A DNA stretch of 64,000 bases, taken from Marsupella aquatica. Its lineage: Eukaryota; Plantae; Marchantiophyta. Of this stretch, positions 24,859 through 37,373 are shown piece after piece. The stretch lies in NCBI GenBank assembly GCA_973895155.1, contig OZ316891.1, positions 21,690,513 to 21,754,512 of the forward strand, in the 5' to 3' direction. Both the position numbers and the translations under genes were made by a program. How positions within the stretch are numbered: the first letter of the stretch is position 1; the number at the start of each line of letters is the position of its first letter. The notes below the pieces were generated by a model that worked only from the letters and a program-made list of their open reading frames with translations, was not told the DNA's origin and did not search any database.

Positions 24859-27800
24859 TTACTCGGAAGAGTCATCACTATCGGTTTCATCTGCAGCTGC
24901 ACGACGCTCTCCCTTTTCCTCCTCGGAGTTTCTTGTACCTTGTTCCTCTCCACCTTCACTCGATTCATCATCAGAATCAAAATTGAGAACCAACTGAAGC
25001 TTATCTCTCTTTTTTCTGTCGGCAGTAGGAACAGGTGGAGGTAACACTGCAATCTCTTTGGGAGACAACAAATCCATGAACACCTTTGAAGCGGTTTCAA
25101 TAAATTCTTTCCGGTGTTCTATCCCGAGTACAAATCGTCCAGAGAAGTCGCCAGCAATGTAAGAGCCTCCAGCCCCAGCAGTCCAATCCATAAAAATATC
25201 ACGAGGCCGTGTGACAAGCTCTACAACAGATTGCATAAAACCCACAGACAGACGAGCATTTCCAGCAAACTCCATTTGCGGGAATGGATCTGATTTGAGC
25301 GAAGAGAGTCCGATCAAATTGGTAACCAAAGGGTCTTCACTGATGGACAGCGGCCGAAATTTGGGGTCTTTGGGAATTTTACATTTCCCATTAATTCGGC
25401 CAAATATGTCGAGCCTGAGGGTAAACATCTCTCGGTCTGTCTTTGCCGCATACATCGGGTCAGACATCACAACATTATGCGAGCATATACACTGAAATTT
25501 CCTTGACTCCTGACAGGCAGCAATGACTTGCGACATGGGATCGTACTCCCCATTGTGTAGAATTACAAGGAACCCATCATCTGATAAAAATGGATCCATG
25601 GATTTGAAAAAAGATCTAGCCATTGAGTGATCTGGAATGTTCCATTTAGGAACCTTCTTATCAATGATAGATGGTTTGAACCCGGTTGGTAGGTAAATGA
25701 AGTCGGCATCCACTCCAAACGATCTTACTTTTCCCCCCCGAACAACTCCCTTCTCTTTAAATCCCAACTTAACGAGGTCTTTTCCCCATTTCTCCACATC
25801 ACTAACCCACTCGGGCTTCTCCTCCTTGTTGAACGTCGAGTCAAAAAATTCAGAAAGGCTTGTCTCAACCATGCAATGGCGAGACACAGTTGTTTTGAAG
25901 TTTCCAACTTCACGTTGGAAACCAGAAGCTATAACACTCTCCCTTAAAGATTGTCCACCTTCGACAGCTCTCTTTTGTTTCTTCCTGGTACTCGTGGCGT
26001 CGATAGGAACTATAACCTTCCCTTTGTCGACTGGAGTAATGGGGTCCGATCGAGCTCCCGTGTTTGCCTCAGAAACTTTAGGTATAGCATCCTTTTTTGT
26101 ATCTCCCGTTCCCACCGTATTAGACTTCCTCCCTCCTAAAATATAACCAGGTCGTAGTTAGAATAAGTACTTTTAAAGTATTGAAAGAAGCTAGCGCCTG
26201 GCGCTAACCAAATGCAATTCACTTAAGTCGCAACCGAAGCCTAATAACCAAGAAAGAGAATACCCTCAACAGAATATTTTTTGCCAGCGCCAATCATGGA
26301 TAGCAATACTTACTCTTCTTTCCAGATTTAGTAGACTCGCTCGGTGCTGCTAGCTCCGCTTTGGCTTTCGCGCGAGGTTTGCGACTCCGGTCCACATGCA
26401 CAACAGTTGTTTCATAGATAGTTTGCAAGTTTGTGGCAGACTTGTCTACATCGTCAAGTAGACCCTGCTTCATGTCGGACACAAGTTTTGCTGGCATCTG
26501 AGACTTTGAAAGCTTATGGAAGGCATCTTTTTCCCTTTGATCAAAATGAGAATCCCATCTATCTGTATCTAGATACCAGGGGCAGTGAGTTCTCTCCCAT
26601 TCTGTCATTGGTCTCGGAGGAAATATGCCCTCCGTGGGGTACATAGAGTACAAATCAGCCAAGGCATCATCTTCACTTATTGAAATCCACTTCATAAAAG
26701 CTGCAGGATATGCCCAAAAGTAATCAGGTTTGGTTACCTCCATGTGCATGTAGAACCTATACACAAACCTCTTCGCTCGCTTCTGGTTTCTCTAGGTGTA
26801 ATCTTCTTTGTCAGGGTACTTTGAAGGCCACATAGTGTGAAAGAACTTATTCTTCACGGAATCACCAAATCTCTTGAATTCATTTGTAACAAACTGAACT
26901 AGATCATCAAACGAACTACAATTCCACTCTTCCAATCTATTCGCGGGCATGGTTTGCTCAACTTCACGTAGACATGAATGTAACATGCCAGCAGCAATTC
27001 CCTCCACACTATTCCAAGTGATCCAAGTGTGGCACCACTGTTTGATTGGATCATCGTTAACACTTGTTGGGTGAAAAAACTGTCTCCGCAGCTCAAGATT
27101 GCAATGTGTCACAAGTAAAGTGCTTCGTAACTTTGGGTCTAGAGCAGAAACAACGGTGAACAATCGTGCGCGGTCCATCGTACATACAACGGTGTCAGGC
27201 TTCGTCTCTCTCTTGTTTCTCTCTGTGACATCATACATTTCTGCACATGTACTGAGGACCCTGGGCCCCCAGCATTATTAATAATGGGTTGGACGTGCGA
27301 ACGGATGAAGGGTGCAAAAAATCTGATTTGAGATTAATTTTTATAATTGGCTTAGAAATATCAAGGGATGGTTTTATTCAAAGAACCCTTTCTAACTAAT
27401 ATAGGCTTATATAAATGTTGCCCAAGTTAATATGCTTCAAGAGGTGATGTAATATGGATGTGACACGCGTCACAATAGGATTGGTCCTTGTGGCCACCCT
27501 TTATTGGAACATGTGTATATGACATATAATTATGCTTGCAACATCTATGATTCAGAGTAGTTTAGGACTTTGGAGCTTTTGAACCCTGACTACCCTGCCG
27601 TGTGGTTCAAAAATGCCCCAAAGTTGAAGTTTGGGGTTAAAGGGTCACGAACACAAAAATGTATGTACCCAAAACCCTTCCAAAACACTCCCGTCAATTT
27701 TAGAACCGTGTGCAAATGATGAATTTATAACTTTTCAAGGCTTTCATAAATGGTGTAAAATGTGAAATTATAATATCTCAAAGGGGCAGATAGAATAACA

Positions 27801-29172
27801 AGAGAAATTTTTATAGGCTTCCAAAAATAATAAGGGGTACTAAGGAGGGGGGTGTACGCACGTATACCTCTTTAGTTTACAAAGGCTGGGGGCCCAGGGA
27901 CTGAGGAAATCTTCAAATTCAGGACTTAATAAGGGCGTAATTTTTGAAGACTTCACTGCCCAATCTTTGGTTGCATCTTTCATCATGGCCGCATGCCGTT
28001 TTGAAATCTCGTCCGCCGACCATGGACTCCCTTGAGCCTCCGCTGCCTCCATGTCGAGTTTGAATTGATGCGAGTACAACTTTATCTTATTCTCACAAAG
28101 AATGTAAACAAGTGCTTCTTGTGGCATCTTCTTCGTATACCATGACCCCTTCCGAGTTTTCAGCCGAATGCTTTCAAACTTCTTGAAATTACCCGGGTCA
28201 ATCAGTTTACTGTAATACTCAAGGTCATGCGCCAAAATTTGTTTGATTCTGTCCGCATCCAGGATCCAGGAAGGCTCTACAACTGCTTGGCCAAGCCTAC
28301 ACGAACAAACGTTGAGAGTAAGAGTCAATGAAAAACAATTCATGTATAAGCAGCGCCGAGCGCTAGTAAATACAGCACTCGCAAGATTTAAGGAAAGAAC
28401 TGGAAATCATGAGAACTTACTGATTCACGGTGTGCATAGCTGCCTCAATTTCAATGAGAGATCCCTTGTCTCCTTTAAATATTGTACAGAGCACACAAGG
28501 ATGATATTTTGGATTGTCCGGGTTCTCCTCTGTTACAAGCGTCCAGGAGTACAGCCTGTGATTTCCATCGAATACAGAGAACATCTTATCCTTCAAGACG
28601 AGAAAATCCGGGTCAGCCTCGCATTCAGCCTCAAACTTCTCGTTCTCCAATTGCCATATTGGATCCCATGAATCATGAATGTCCTGGGTACAGGTCAGAA
28701 CAATTCCGTTCTCATCCGTTGGCTGCACATAGAAACGCATCCCTATCGAAGAGTTGTAACCCATACTATAAAAAGAGTCTTTCAGCTTCTCGATGGAAGA
28801 GCTGTCTTTCTGCAGAGTACGAACCACCTCCATGTGAACCAATCGACACAGAGGGATTTGAGGCGGCTCCTTGTCAAATCCACGAGAATCCTTTCCAAAA
28901 GACATGACATGTTTCGAAATGAGATCAGTCTCAGCAAGCGCGCAATCCGCAACATCCTAGATCGCAATTGTGTCTACGTTGTCCATCGTTCTTCGCAAAG
29001 GATTTGGACCCAAAACACCGCTGACAGAAGTGAGCGGCAACAACTTTGAGGAACGAGTTACACGACGTGTATAGACTGAATCAATAAACGAAGACTGCGA
29101 AGATTCAGAATAAGCTCGCTCCTGGTCAGGAACCGCACTATACCCTCTGGAAGAAGAGGGAAATACCTCCAT
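24859..29172 (-). pseudogene. Spliced ParB/Srx-like + MTase-fold fusion (ParB-MTase 2)
   Basis: ParB-like IPLCRL..MEVVR...SVFDGNHRLYSW at ~28560; introns 28297-28420 and 26136-26313; SAM motif DIFMDWTAGAGGS...LGIE at ~25180; premature TAGs at 28957 and 26792; MITE at 27259-27899; possible extra exon 24445-24780. Confidence 0.75.
27259..27899. mobile_element. MITE with 8-bp TSD ACTGAGGA in a ParB-MTase 2 exon
   Basis: TIR CCCTGGGCCCCCAGC/GCTGGGGGCCCAGGG; removing it restores EDFLS-TCAEMYDV. Confidence 0.9.
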
Positions 29173-30937
29173 CGTCTTCCTTCTAGAAGCGTACGAACTA
29201 TCGTACAATGAAATTATGGAACTATAATCATCTCTGAACGTGTAATATATTCTAGCGGGAGGATGACATAACCTAGAGGAAAGCCATTAGCTCTGATGTT
29301 TGGCGGTTTCCAACGTCTGTATACGGAAGGTTTAATTACCAAAATCAAACGGTAGAAGATGCGTAACACACACGGAAGTCATAAGTTACCGTTGAATGTT
29401 ACCGTTAAAGACATTTCCTAACATCATATCAATACCTTCCGTACCTTCCGTATCTTCCCCGCTTGCTCTTGTGAAGACTTCTTCCTCCGACATTCGCGTG
29501 GCAAGTCGTACATGCCTTGCAAACATCTATACTGGGTGTACATAAATGTTTTCAAACTTGAGATTGAGGAGTCGACTCTTTGTAGCCAACCTATTTTGAC
29601 TTTAGGCGAAGTCAGGCTTGTGCTGGAGAGGCAGAACTTGAATGGCTTATGAGAGAGATCGAAACTGCCCAATAGGTCGTCGTTCAATATAACGGTTATT
29701 CCCTATTTTGTCTTTTTCCAACGGATATTTTAGTTGTTTTATTGAGACTTTGTTGGTTAGCGCCGGGCGCTGGTTCTAGGAAACCGGATATTCATTGCTT
29801 CATTATGTACGTGCATTGTGGAAGAATGACCTCTTGTTTTATTTAAAATGTGTAAGTTGATTAAATTGTCTACTGTCTTCAAAGCCTCGAGGATGTGATT
29901 TGTCATTTGTTTGTGACGTTACAAGGTCCATTTAATCAACTCCTTTAGATTGGGTTGATTTGGACTCCACGATTGACATGTGCTATGGTGGGTCCCACTC
30001 TAAGGGTCACTATTTGGTGATGAAAATAGATTGATTTGCATGAATGTTTCTTTAGGCACACTCCTAATACCATGTTTTTTATCTTCTACAATAAATTGTT
30101 GTGTCAATGGAGGATTGATAGTACACTTCATCCATCGGATGGCACAAAATAATTGTTTGTTTTAAACTTTATTGCCCCCCGAAAAATTATGCCATTAGAG
30201 TGGTGGATATGCACCTTAGAGTGGTGGATATGCACGTTATGGTTCAGGCAAAACTGGTAACAGGGACAAGCTTACTAGTAACAGGTACAATTTCCTTGTT
30301 AACAGAAAATAAACCCCTGGTAACAGGTTTTCTGTTTTCTGTTTTCTGTCATGGCTATCATACCCATGGTGGGGTGCACGTCCCGGACATCTCTATGTGG
30401 AGGCCGTCCAAGACGTCCTCAAGTTTTTTATGCGGGCCGGCGCGAAAGGAGTCGGCCGTCCTTGGTGAAAAATGGGTGCCGTCCCTGTATAGAAGCCGTC
30501 CAAGCCGGCACCGTCTTCGTGAGGAGGCCGTCCCGGCCGTCCCCGCGAGGAGGCTGTCCAGGCCGTCACCTCGTTTTTGAAGCTCCTTTCAACTTCTTGT
30601 CGTCTTGACGTCTAATATGTAAAAATCAGAGTGACCTTGACGTCTTCCAATGGTATCCTTACCCATTTGAGCTTATACTAACTTAATTTTTCTTAAAGGG
30701 CCTTAAAAAAACTTGAAAATTTTAAAAATTTATGATTTTGATATTTTAACTCTCTTTTTGGAATAATCACCTAATTACAGAACTCGTGACGCTTTTCCTG
30801 TAACTTTTCCCTGAGCAGCGGCGGGAGCTTCACTATAAAGTTGTGAAGCTGTGTATGTAGGGTCTCTTGCCCCGCCGGTGTCTGGGGGAAAATGTGGTTC
30901 TTGAGGAAGCACCAGACTTATGGCTGCTAGTGTCAAT

Positions 30938-31306
30938 GGTCAAAAGCAAGCTAGAGGGGTACTGAAAGGATCTCCATTTTCTCCACCAAAAGGACATAGG
31001 TCCTTGGTAAAAGCAATCACTAGAGGACAAAAAGACCAAAATGTTACATGGAATGGCCAGGATTGTTTTGGTGAGATTGAAAGGTAAGATCTTGCATGCC
31101 AAATCTTTGGAAGTGTGTCCACATATTTCGGAATTTAAGAAGAGTGCCCAATCTTTTTGGAAGTGTGCACAATCTTTTTGGAAGTGTGCCCAACCTTTTT
31201 GGGAGTGTGCTCAGCTAAATCTTAATGACATTTATACTCCTTTCACTCTCCTTTTTGAGCTAGTCCTTGGGGACTCCTTTGGTACCCCTCTAGCTTGCTT
31301 TTGACC
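30938..31306. mobile_element. MITE family A relative, TSD CAAT
   Basis: TIR GGTCAAAAGCAAGCTAGAGGGGTAC; CAAT at 30934-30937 and 31307-31310; internal GGAAGTGTG repeats. Confidence 0.9.
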
Positions 31307-32397
31307 CAATAGAGAACTTAAGTTAAGACTGATCATGATTACTACTCTAGACTGGGTAGCAGACACCACAAGGAATGGTTCTGTGGATGAAAGCACAACA
31401 TCATAACCCTTTTCTCCATACCTACGGACTATTGCCTCCTTGGCAGCTACCTTGGGTCGAGTTACAAAACAAATATCTTCCAACGAGAAAGAAACGGGAG
31501 GTTCATCGGAGGGAGGTTTGTTGAGATCCATCTCAATACAAGATAAAAATTGTGCAAGCCCAATCCTGCTCGTAAACTATATAAGGGTATACAATTGGCT
31601 CTATTGAATTTAACATCGCAGTTGCAAATGCTTCTCCAAAGTGAAAAGTCATATGCTGATGCATTATCTATTTTTGAAGTACATGAATTCTAATAAAGAA
31701 AGGATTAGGGAGAGAAAGAACAGGTACAGTTGGTTTGGGCATTATTGTACTATCAAATATTCCATCCAACTAATATTCATTCTAATGACAAGATATAGAA
31801 TCATTCAACAAAAAAGATCATTCATTCAAACAAATACTAGATGCATTGAGTTAACTCTAAGTATATACATGTAGATGTTTATCTTAATAGGTTTATCTTC
31901 TTTTGAATGAAAACACTTTCTGAAGGTCCAACGCATACAAATTACCACTGACTGAGTTAAACTCCAAGCCAGCATGCATGCGTGGATCTACTTCATAAGG
32001 ATTTCACCCAAAAGGAGCATATGATGTCAAGGCATTGTTGAGCACTTTCCAACTCTTTAGAACTTAATAACCATCTCCTATCAAATGATAACACTTTCTG
32101 AAGGTCCAACTCATACAAAATATCTCTGGCCGAGCCAAAGCTCTAAGCAAAGTGCATGACTTCATAAGGGTTATATTCATAGAGGAGATCATCAAGCCCA
32201 ATGGATTCTTAAGGCTTCACAACTTAGTTGATGAAAAATGGGGAGTGAGGGGAGAGAGCCTCTCTCCTCTTTATTTATAGTGCTCATACCTCAAGCACAA
32301 GGATGGAAGCCATGTGTCACACATCCAAGGCAAGTAATTAAGTGTGCTAGTATTGTAGTTACGTGAGTGGAGCAACTCTCGGAGCAACTGTACATAG

Positions 32398-32615
32398 TAC
32401 ACTGTAGCATGCACACTATAGATCATACAATGTAGCATGCATATTGTAGATCGTACACTATAGCATGCACACTATAGATCGTATATTGTAGCATGCACAC
32501 TATAGACCGTACACTGTAGCACACACTATAGATCGTATACTATAGCATGCACACTATAGGTTGTGCACTGTAGTATGCACTCTATAGACTGTATACTGTA
32601 GCATGCACGCTATAC
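32398..32615. repeat. ~29-bp minisatellite (TAGCATGCACACTATAGATCGTACACTG-like), ~7 copies
   Basis: Visible tandem periodicity. Confidence 0.85.
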
Positions 32616-32695
32616 ACATTCATATAATGCGAGAATTCAAACTACTATCCTATACTACTAAGCTATACTTAGGAGGAACTTACTAAATAAAGAAT

Positions 32696-33267
32696 CCCCA
32701 CGACACTGGGATACACGCCAACTGGTTCTGGTAATAAATGATGAACTTTTGGATATCACCCCTGAAGCTCATCTTTGTTACACATTTCTGAGCATGTCGC
32801 TCCGGGTACTTAGTGATGACATGAGCACGAAGTCCCTCAACCAGGTTTTCCCAAGTTAATGGCAAGGAGAAGTCCTCTTGCAACTTCTTCCACGACTTGT
32901 ACCAAGTCAAGGCATAGTTCTTCAGGTAAGGAGCGGCTGCGGTAGCCCAAGTGGAACGCTCAACGCACACTTGGAGATGAATCTTCATTGTGGAGAGCCA
33001 ACTCAAGAACTTTTATCCACTTTGTTCGTAGGCCCCATCGTAAGTTGGAGGAGTCGATAGCTGGTTCACTTGGAACATACTCCATCCAACTACCATTCCT
33101 CCCTCGGGACGCGTCATACTCTGACTACCCAAACTAAGTAAGTACTTAATCTGGGCCCCATTGTTGTGTTCCAACTGCTCATAAATGAGTCGTTGGTCTT
33201 GAGTCAACGGACCCAAATCATCGTCAGTGGCTGGGCCCTTGTGGGTTGTATGAGGACGGTCCTCCAA
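32696..33267 (-). pseudogene. Gypsy gag N-terminal (capsid) part of the outer element
   Basis: TPPTYDG...WLSTM...LKNYALTWY...LTWENLVEGLRAH; internal stop. Confidence 0.75.
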
Positions 33268-33899
33268 CTGTCTTTCCTTTGCGGGCCGCCTGTCCTTAGG
33301 TTCTCTTGCACTACAACACTACCGACCCCTTTTGCGAACCCCGTCCCATCGCAACTAACAAAGGACCAAATTATGAAATTCCGGCGTTTGCAAAACGCTA
33401 CGCATCGCAACCCTTTCGCATTCTTTGAAACCCACAGCTTCGCAATCGGACTTTTGCAACCCCTTCGCAACACCTTCGCACACTGCGAAACTTATTTTAT
33501 CGCACATAAATCACATTTATGTGATCTCGACAGACTCCTTATCGGTTTGCGACGCGCTCTGAACCATAACTTATTTGCGAAGCTGTTGTCTTGACAATTC
33601 CGTTGCCATTCATATGGTATCGCATAACTGCGTCAGTCAGGGTGTCGCACAATTGCGGAACCAAAAGTATCGCAATGTTCCAATACTCAACATATGGCAA
33701 GTTTGCGATAGTATGGCGTTCGCATGTGTTTCGCAAGGATAGTTTGAGGGTTGGGTTTTGTATATTTGGGTTCATAATTGGGTTGGGGTCTTATACATGA
33801 AGATACCAAAGCAAAACTTTATATATGCCAAAAATCCCTGAATGTACAAAAATTAGGGTTTTCTAAACCCCTATGGGGTATCACATACCAAGACACTGT

Positions 33900-36007
33900 C
33901 CTTTGACTAATCCATATGCCATATGGAGTGAACTACATCTGCATCCTCTAGAATGGAGCCCGCCTACTCCTCTTTGCTGGCCTCTTCCCCTTGTCCTTCT
34001 TGCTTTGGGCGGGACGAGCTGGACGGGAGGGGGGTGGTGGTGGTGGTGGCGGTGGTGGTGGTGCCTGCTGCTCCTCCCCATCTGGCTCATCCTCATCATC
34101 CTCATCATCCTCATCATCATCCTCCTGGTCTCCTGGTGTGCTAGGTGTGGCAGCACTCCCTGCCCCTCTGGACCCACTCGTGGTGGCCCCGGTAGTGTCC
34201 CCATCATCAGCGCCACTATCCTCCTCACTGCTATCCTCACTCCCCTCCTGCTCCTCCTTATCCTGCTTCCATGTCACAAGGTTAATTCGGGTTTAGGGTT
34301 AATAGGAAAAATGTATAAACCTTATAAATGGAATGGGTGCGGGTTTAGAAAGGGTACTACAAATCACTCACACTAGCCAACTCTGCATCAACCAACTCAA
34401 AGAGATGTCTGGCCCCATGCTCTGCCCCTATCTCCATCTCCTTTGTTGTTATCTTGCGGCGGTACCTCTTATACTACCACAAAAAAATGAAACACCAAAA
34501 CATAAGGGGCCCGGGTTAGTAACTAAGGGTACTTAAGGAAAAAAGGAATCCTAAAAAGGCTAAAAAGGGTACCCTAACCAGAAAAAAACCCCATTACCCT
34601 AACAAACATTTATCACTCGACACTAAACGTTTTTCAAAATGAAACAAGCTTTGCGAAACTCCCACCTCCGCAAATTCAAATATATTTAAGTTTGCGAAAT
34701 AGACTGCGAATCGGATTGCTTCGCAATGGCTTCGCAAACCTTACGGGAAAAAGGTTATAATAGAGTTTGCAAAACAATTGCGAGGCAACCCGCTTCGCAA
34801 TTGTTTCGCAAACTGTGCTTTTAAAAAAATCCGAGAAATGGCTAAGGCACGCAATGTGTCAGGGTGACCTAAAACGAAAGGGGAGGCCATAAGGGGTAAA
34901 GCAGAGGTCTGCGAGGGGCATTGCAGGCAAGCAAACAACAATTGAAGGCGAAGGAAAAGAAGCAGGGGAGGAGGGGAGAGGACTCACGAAGGTTGCTTTC
35001 AGGCCGGGAAGTCCACCTTGCCCCATCTTGTGTGTGGTCTTGGGGCGTTTGCTGACTCGATCTGCTGCAAGGATGAACTTCTGGGGTGGTGTCCCCACTT
35101 CATCCATGATGTGCTGCAGCTGAGAGACCTTCTCAGCCAATGCCTTGAGGTCTTTGTCTGACTTCCCGGCCTGAAGTGCCTTGGCCTCCTTCTCCTTCCA
35201 GAATTGGAGGTCCTTGGCTGCTTTCAGCTGCACCTCGACCTTATAGAACGCGTTCCACACATCCTCTGTGAATTGCACTGGCCTCCTCACGTTCCTGTAC
35301 TCCTGCAAGCTTGCCAGGTAGGCCCTCACCTTCCTCCTATCATGGTATCGTGCTTGAGACATTGAATTTGAAATTCTATCTGCAAGCCACTGGTCATCAA
35401 TCTCTGCTCCATTTCTGAATGAATCTTTGACCTGAGTCATTACTTTCCTCTGCTCTGCTCTGCTTAGTTTCCCCCACTCAACACCTCGTGCAAAGCTAGT
35501 CCTCACAGCAAGCCTGATAGTGCTCTTTGCCCCAGTGTAGGCCAACTCAGTAGGAATGCCCTCAACCAAGGCAATCAATGGCAGCTTCTTCCTCTCTTCC
35601 TCCTTTTTCCGCTACGCCTCACGTTGTGCTCGAATCTCATCTCGTTCCTCCCTTCTCCTCTTCTTTTCGAGGGCTGTAGGAGAGAGTACTCCTGCCTTAG
35701 CCCTCTCCTCCTTCTTTCGTTTCTTCTCTCTGGCCTTCTCCTCAGCTGTAGCCTTTGCCTCTTTCTCCCTCTGAGGCTGCCTTGCTGCAACCCCGGTTTG
35801 CAAAGCTTGCCCTAGAATTGCACTCAAGGAAGCAATCCCAGCTGGTGTACTCAAATCCAAATGGCTCAGCTGTGTGGCATTGAGATGCTCGGCCATCAAA
35901 TTCGTCCATTGATTACTCTCCTCATTCCTGTTCCCTCCATTGCCATTGCCACTCCCACTCCCACTTGCCCCTGCCCCATCCCCTCCACGCCCTCCACTAG
36001 AATCCAT
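33900..36007 (-). pseudogene. CACTA second gene (TnpA-like or unknown), spliced and frameshifted
   Basis: ORFs 35612-36007, 34859-35578 (HKMGQGG) and an acidic/Pro-rich 33948-34277, divergent from the transposase. Confidence 0.55.
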
Positions 36008-37373
36008 AGCTATCCAACACCAAGCGCGCGCAAGCTCTCCTCCTGCCCTCCCTCACTTCAAAAAACGTCGAATGGGCCTCGTAACCTGGCGGGAAGGTCC
36101 GAATGCCCAGACAAAACACATTTGCGACGCAGTCCGCATCGCAATTTGCGAATCAGCCCGCTTCACAACTAGTATCTCAACTTTCCAAAACCAATGCGAA
36201 ACCACACGCTTCGCAAAGCCTTCGCAAAGCTGCAGAGACGCAAAAAAACACTCTCGGGCTCTGTTTTTCCGAAGCTGTTGCGAAACATTTTGCTTCGCAA
36301 ATAATGTGACCAAATTCTGAAGCAGGTTGCGAAGCAGGTCGGTTCTCAATATCGTGGCAATTCCTGGCGAATTATTTTTTCACATTCTTTCCCTCCTCCT
36401 TTTGTTTAGGCCATGTAAGTTATACTATGCCCTTTTGTGTAATTAAGAAATTCTGCCGTTTCAAATCCCGGCGTTTGTTAGGGTTGGGTCTTGGATGAAG
36501 CTGGTTTTTTTAGGGGTTAAAAACGAGATTACCAGTCAAACCTTCCGTTTTTTAAGCTATACATGGTGTGGGTGTAGGCTAATTTTGATAAGAGTTGGGT
36601 TTTGGTTTAAAATTAATAAGTGAGGAAAGGGTTTAGGATTAAAGTTGGGTTTGGGTTTAGGGTTTAAGTCTTTAATTTTGGGTTTAAGCAGGGTTTGCAT
36701 TTATGGTTGTAGGCTTTTAGGGTTCAAGCAAGGGTTTAGGGTTTAAAACAAAAGAGAGGAAGGGGATTGGGAGTGAGGGTCTAGGTTTTTGTAATAGGTC
36801 AGAGGTTTGGGGGTGATGGTTTGGAAAAGGCAAAGCAAGGTTAGATGAGATTAATGTTTTAGTTGTTTTACCATGGGTTTTATGGGTTTTAATGGGTTTT
36901 ATGGATCTTTTGGGTTTTAATGGTTTTTCCATGGGTTTTATGCTAACAAAGGAGGAGGAGCTATGACAACTTGCAGAGTGCGGCACTTTTGCATGAATTG
37001 ATACTAGCTAATGCGTATGCATCGTGAGAGCCCGGGCATCTGGAGGTATGGACTAAAATAGATGGGTCTAGTTAGGCTTATTCATGTAATTAAAATTTTT
37101 GGTTCCCACTATCTATAAAGAGGACATGTATGTAAGGTGTTCGCTTTGTGTACTTGCAGCTTTTCTCATACTTCCAGATTCGGTTCATTATTTTAGAGCC
37201 ACAAGACCTATTGGCACCGCCGAGCCTGGGTCTCAGAAAGGTATTTTTTAGTGTTCCTTTTGTGTTTGGTTTCATGTCATCATTACTTGAGAACTTACAT
37301 TTGTCCAGCTTGATATTGTGATGTTATTTGGTAATAACCCCTAACTTGCAAATTATACATCTTTGTAGGGGCA

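Larger units (their letters stand above)
22434..30820. mobile_element. ~8.4-kb insertion carrying ParB-MTase 2; no recognisable transposase or long TIR
   Basis: Removing it rejoins the host frame (...YSEAP-ACSRAQ...) at a GC/GGC micro-duplication; contains its own dispersed palindrome. Confidence 0.55.
6056..32695 (-). mobile_element. Unclassified large insertion (element X) splitting the outer gag; hosts both ParB-MTase elements
   Basis: gag breaks at ~6056 and ~32695; one minus-strand degenerate reading frame can be rejoined across 31531-30823, 22433-21129 and 8835-~8010; termini not resolved. Confidence 0.55.

Noticed and set aside
30826-30850. Hairpin AGCTTCAC...GTGAAGCT as a Helitron 3' end
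   Set aside because: No CTRR terminus at the expected distance, and it lies within the rejoined host reading frame.
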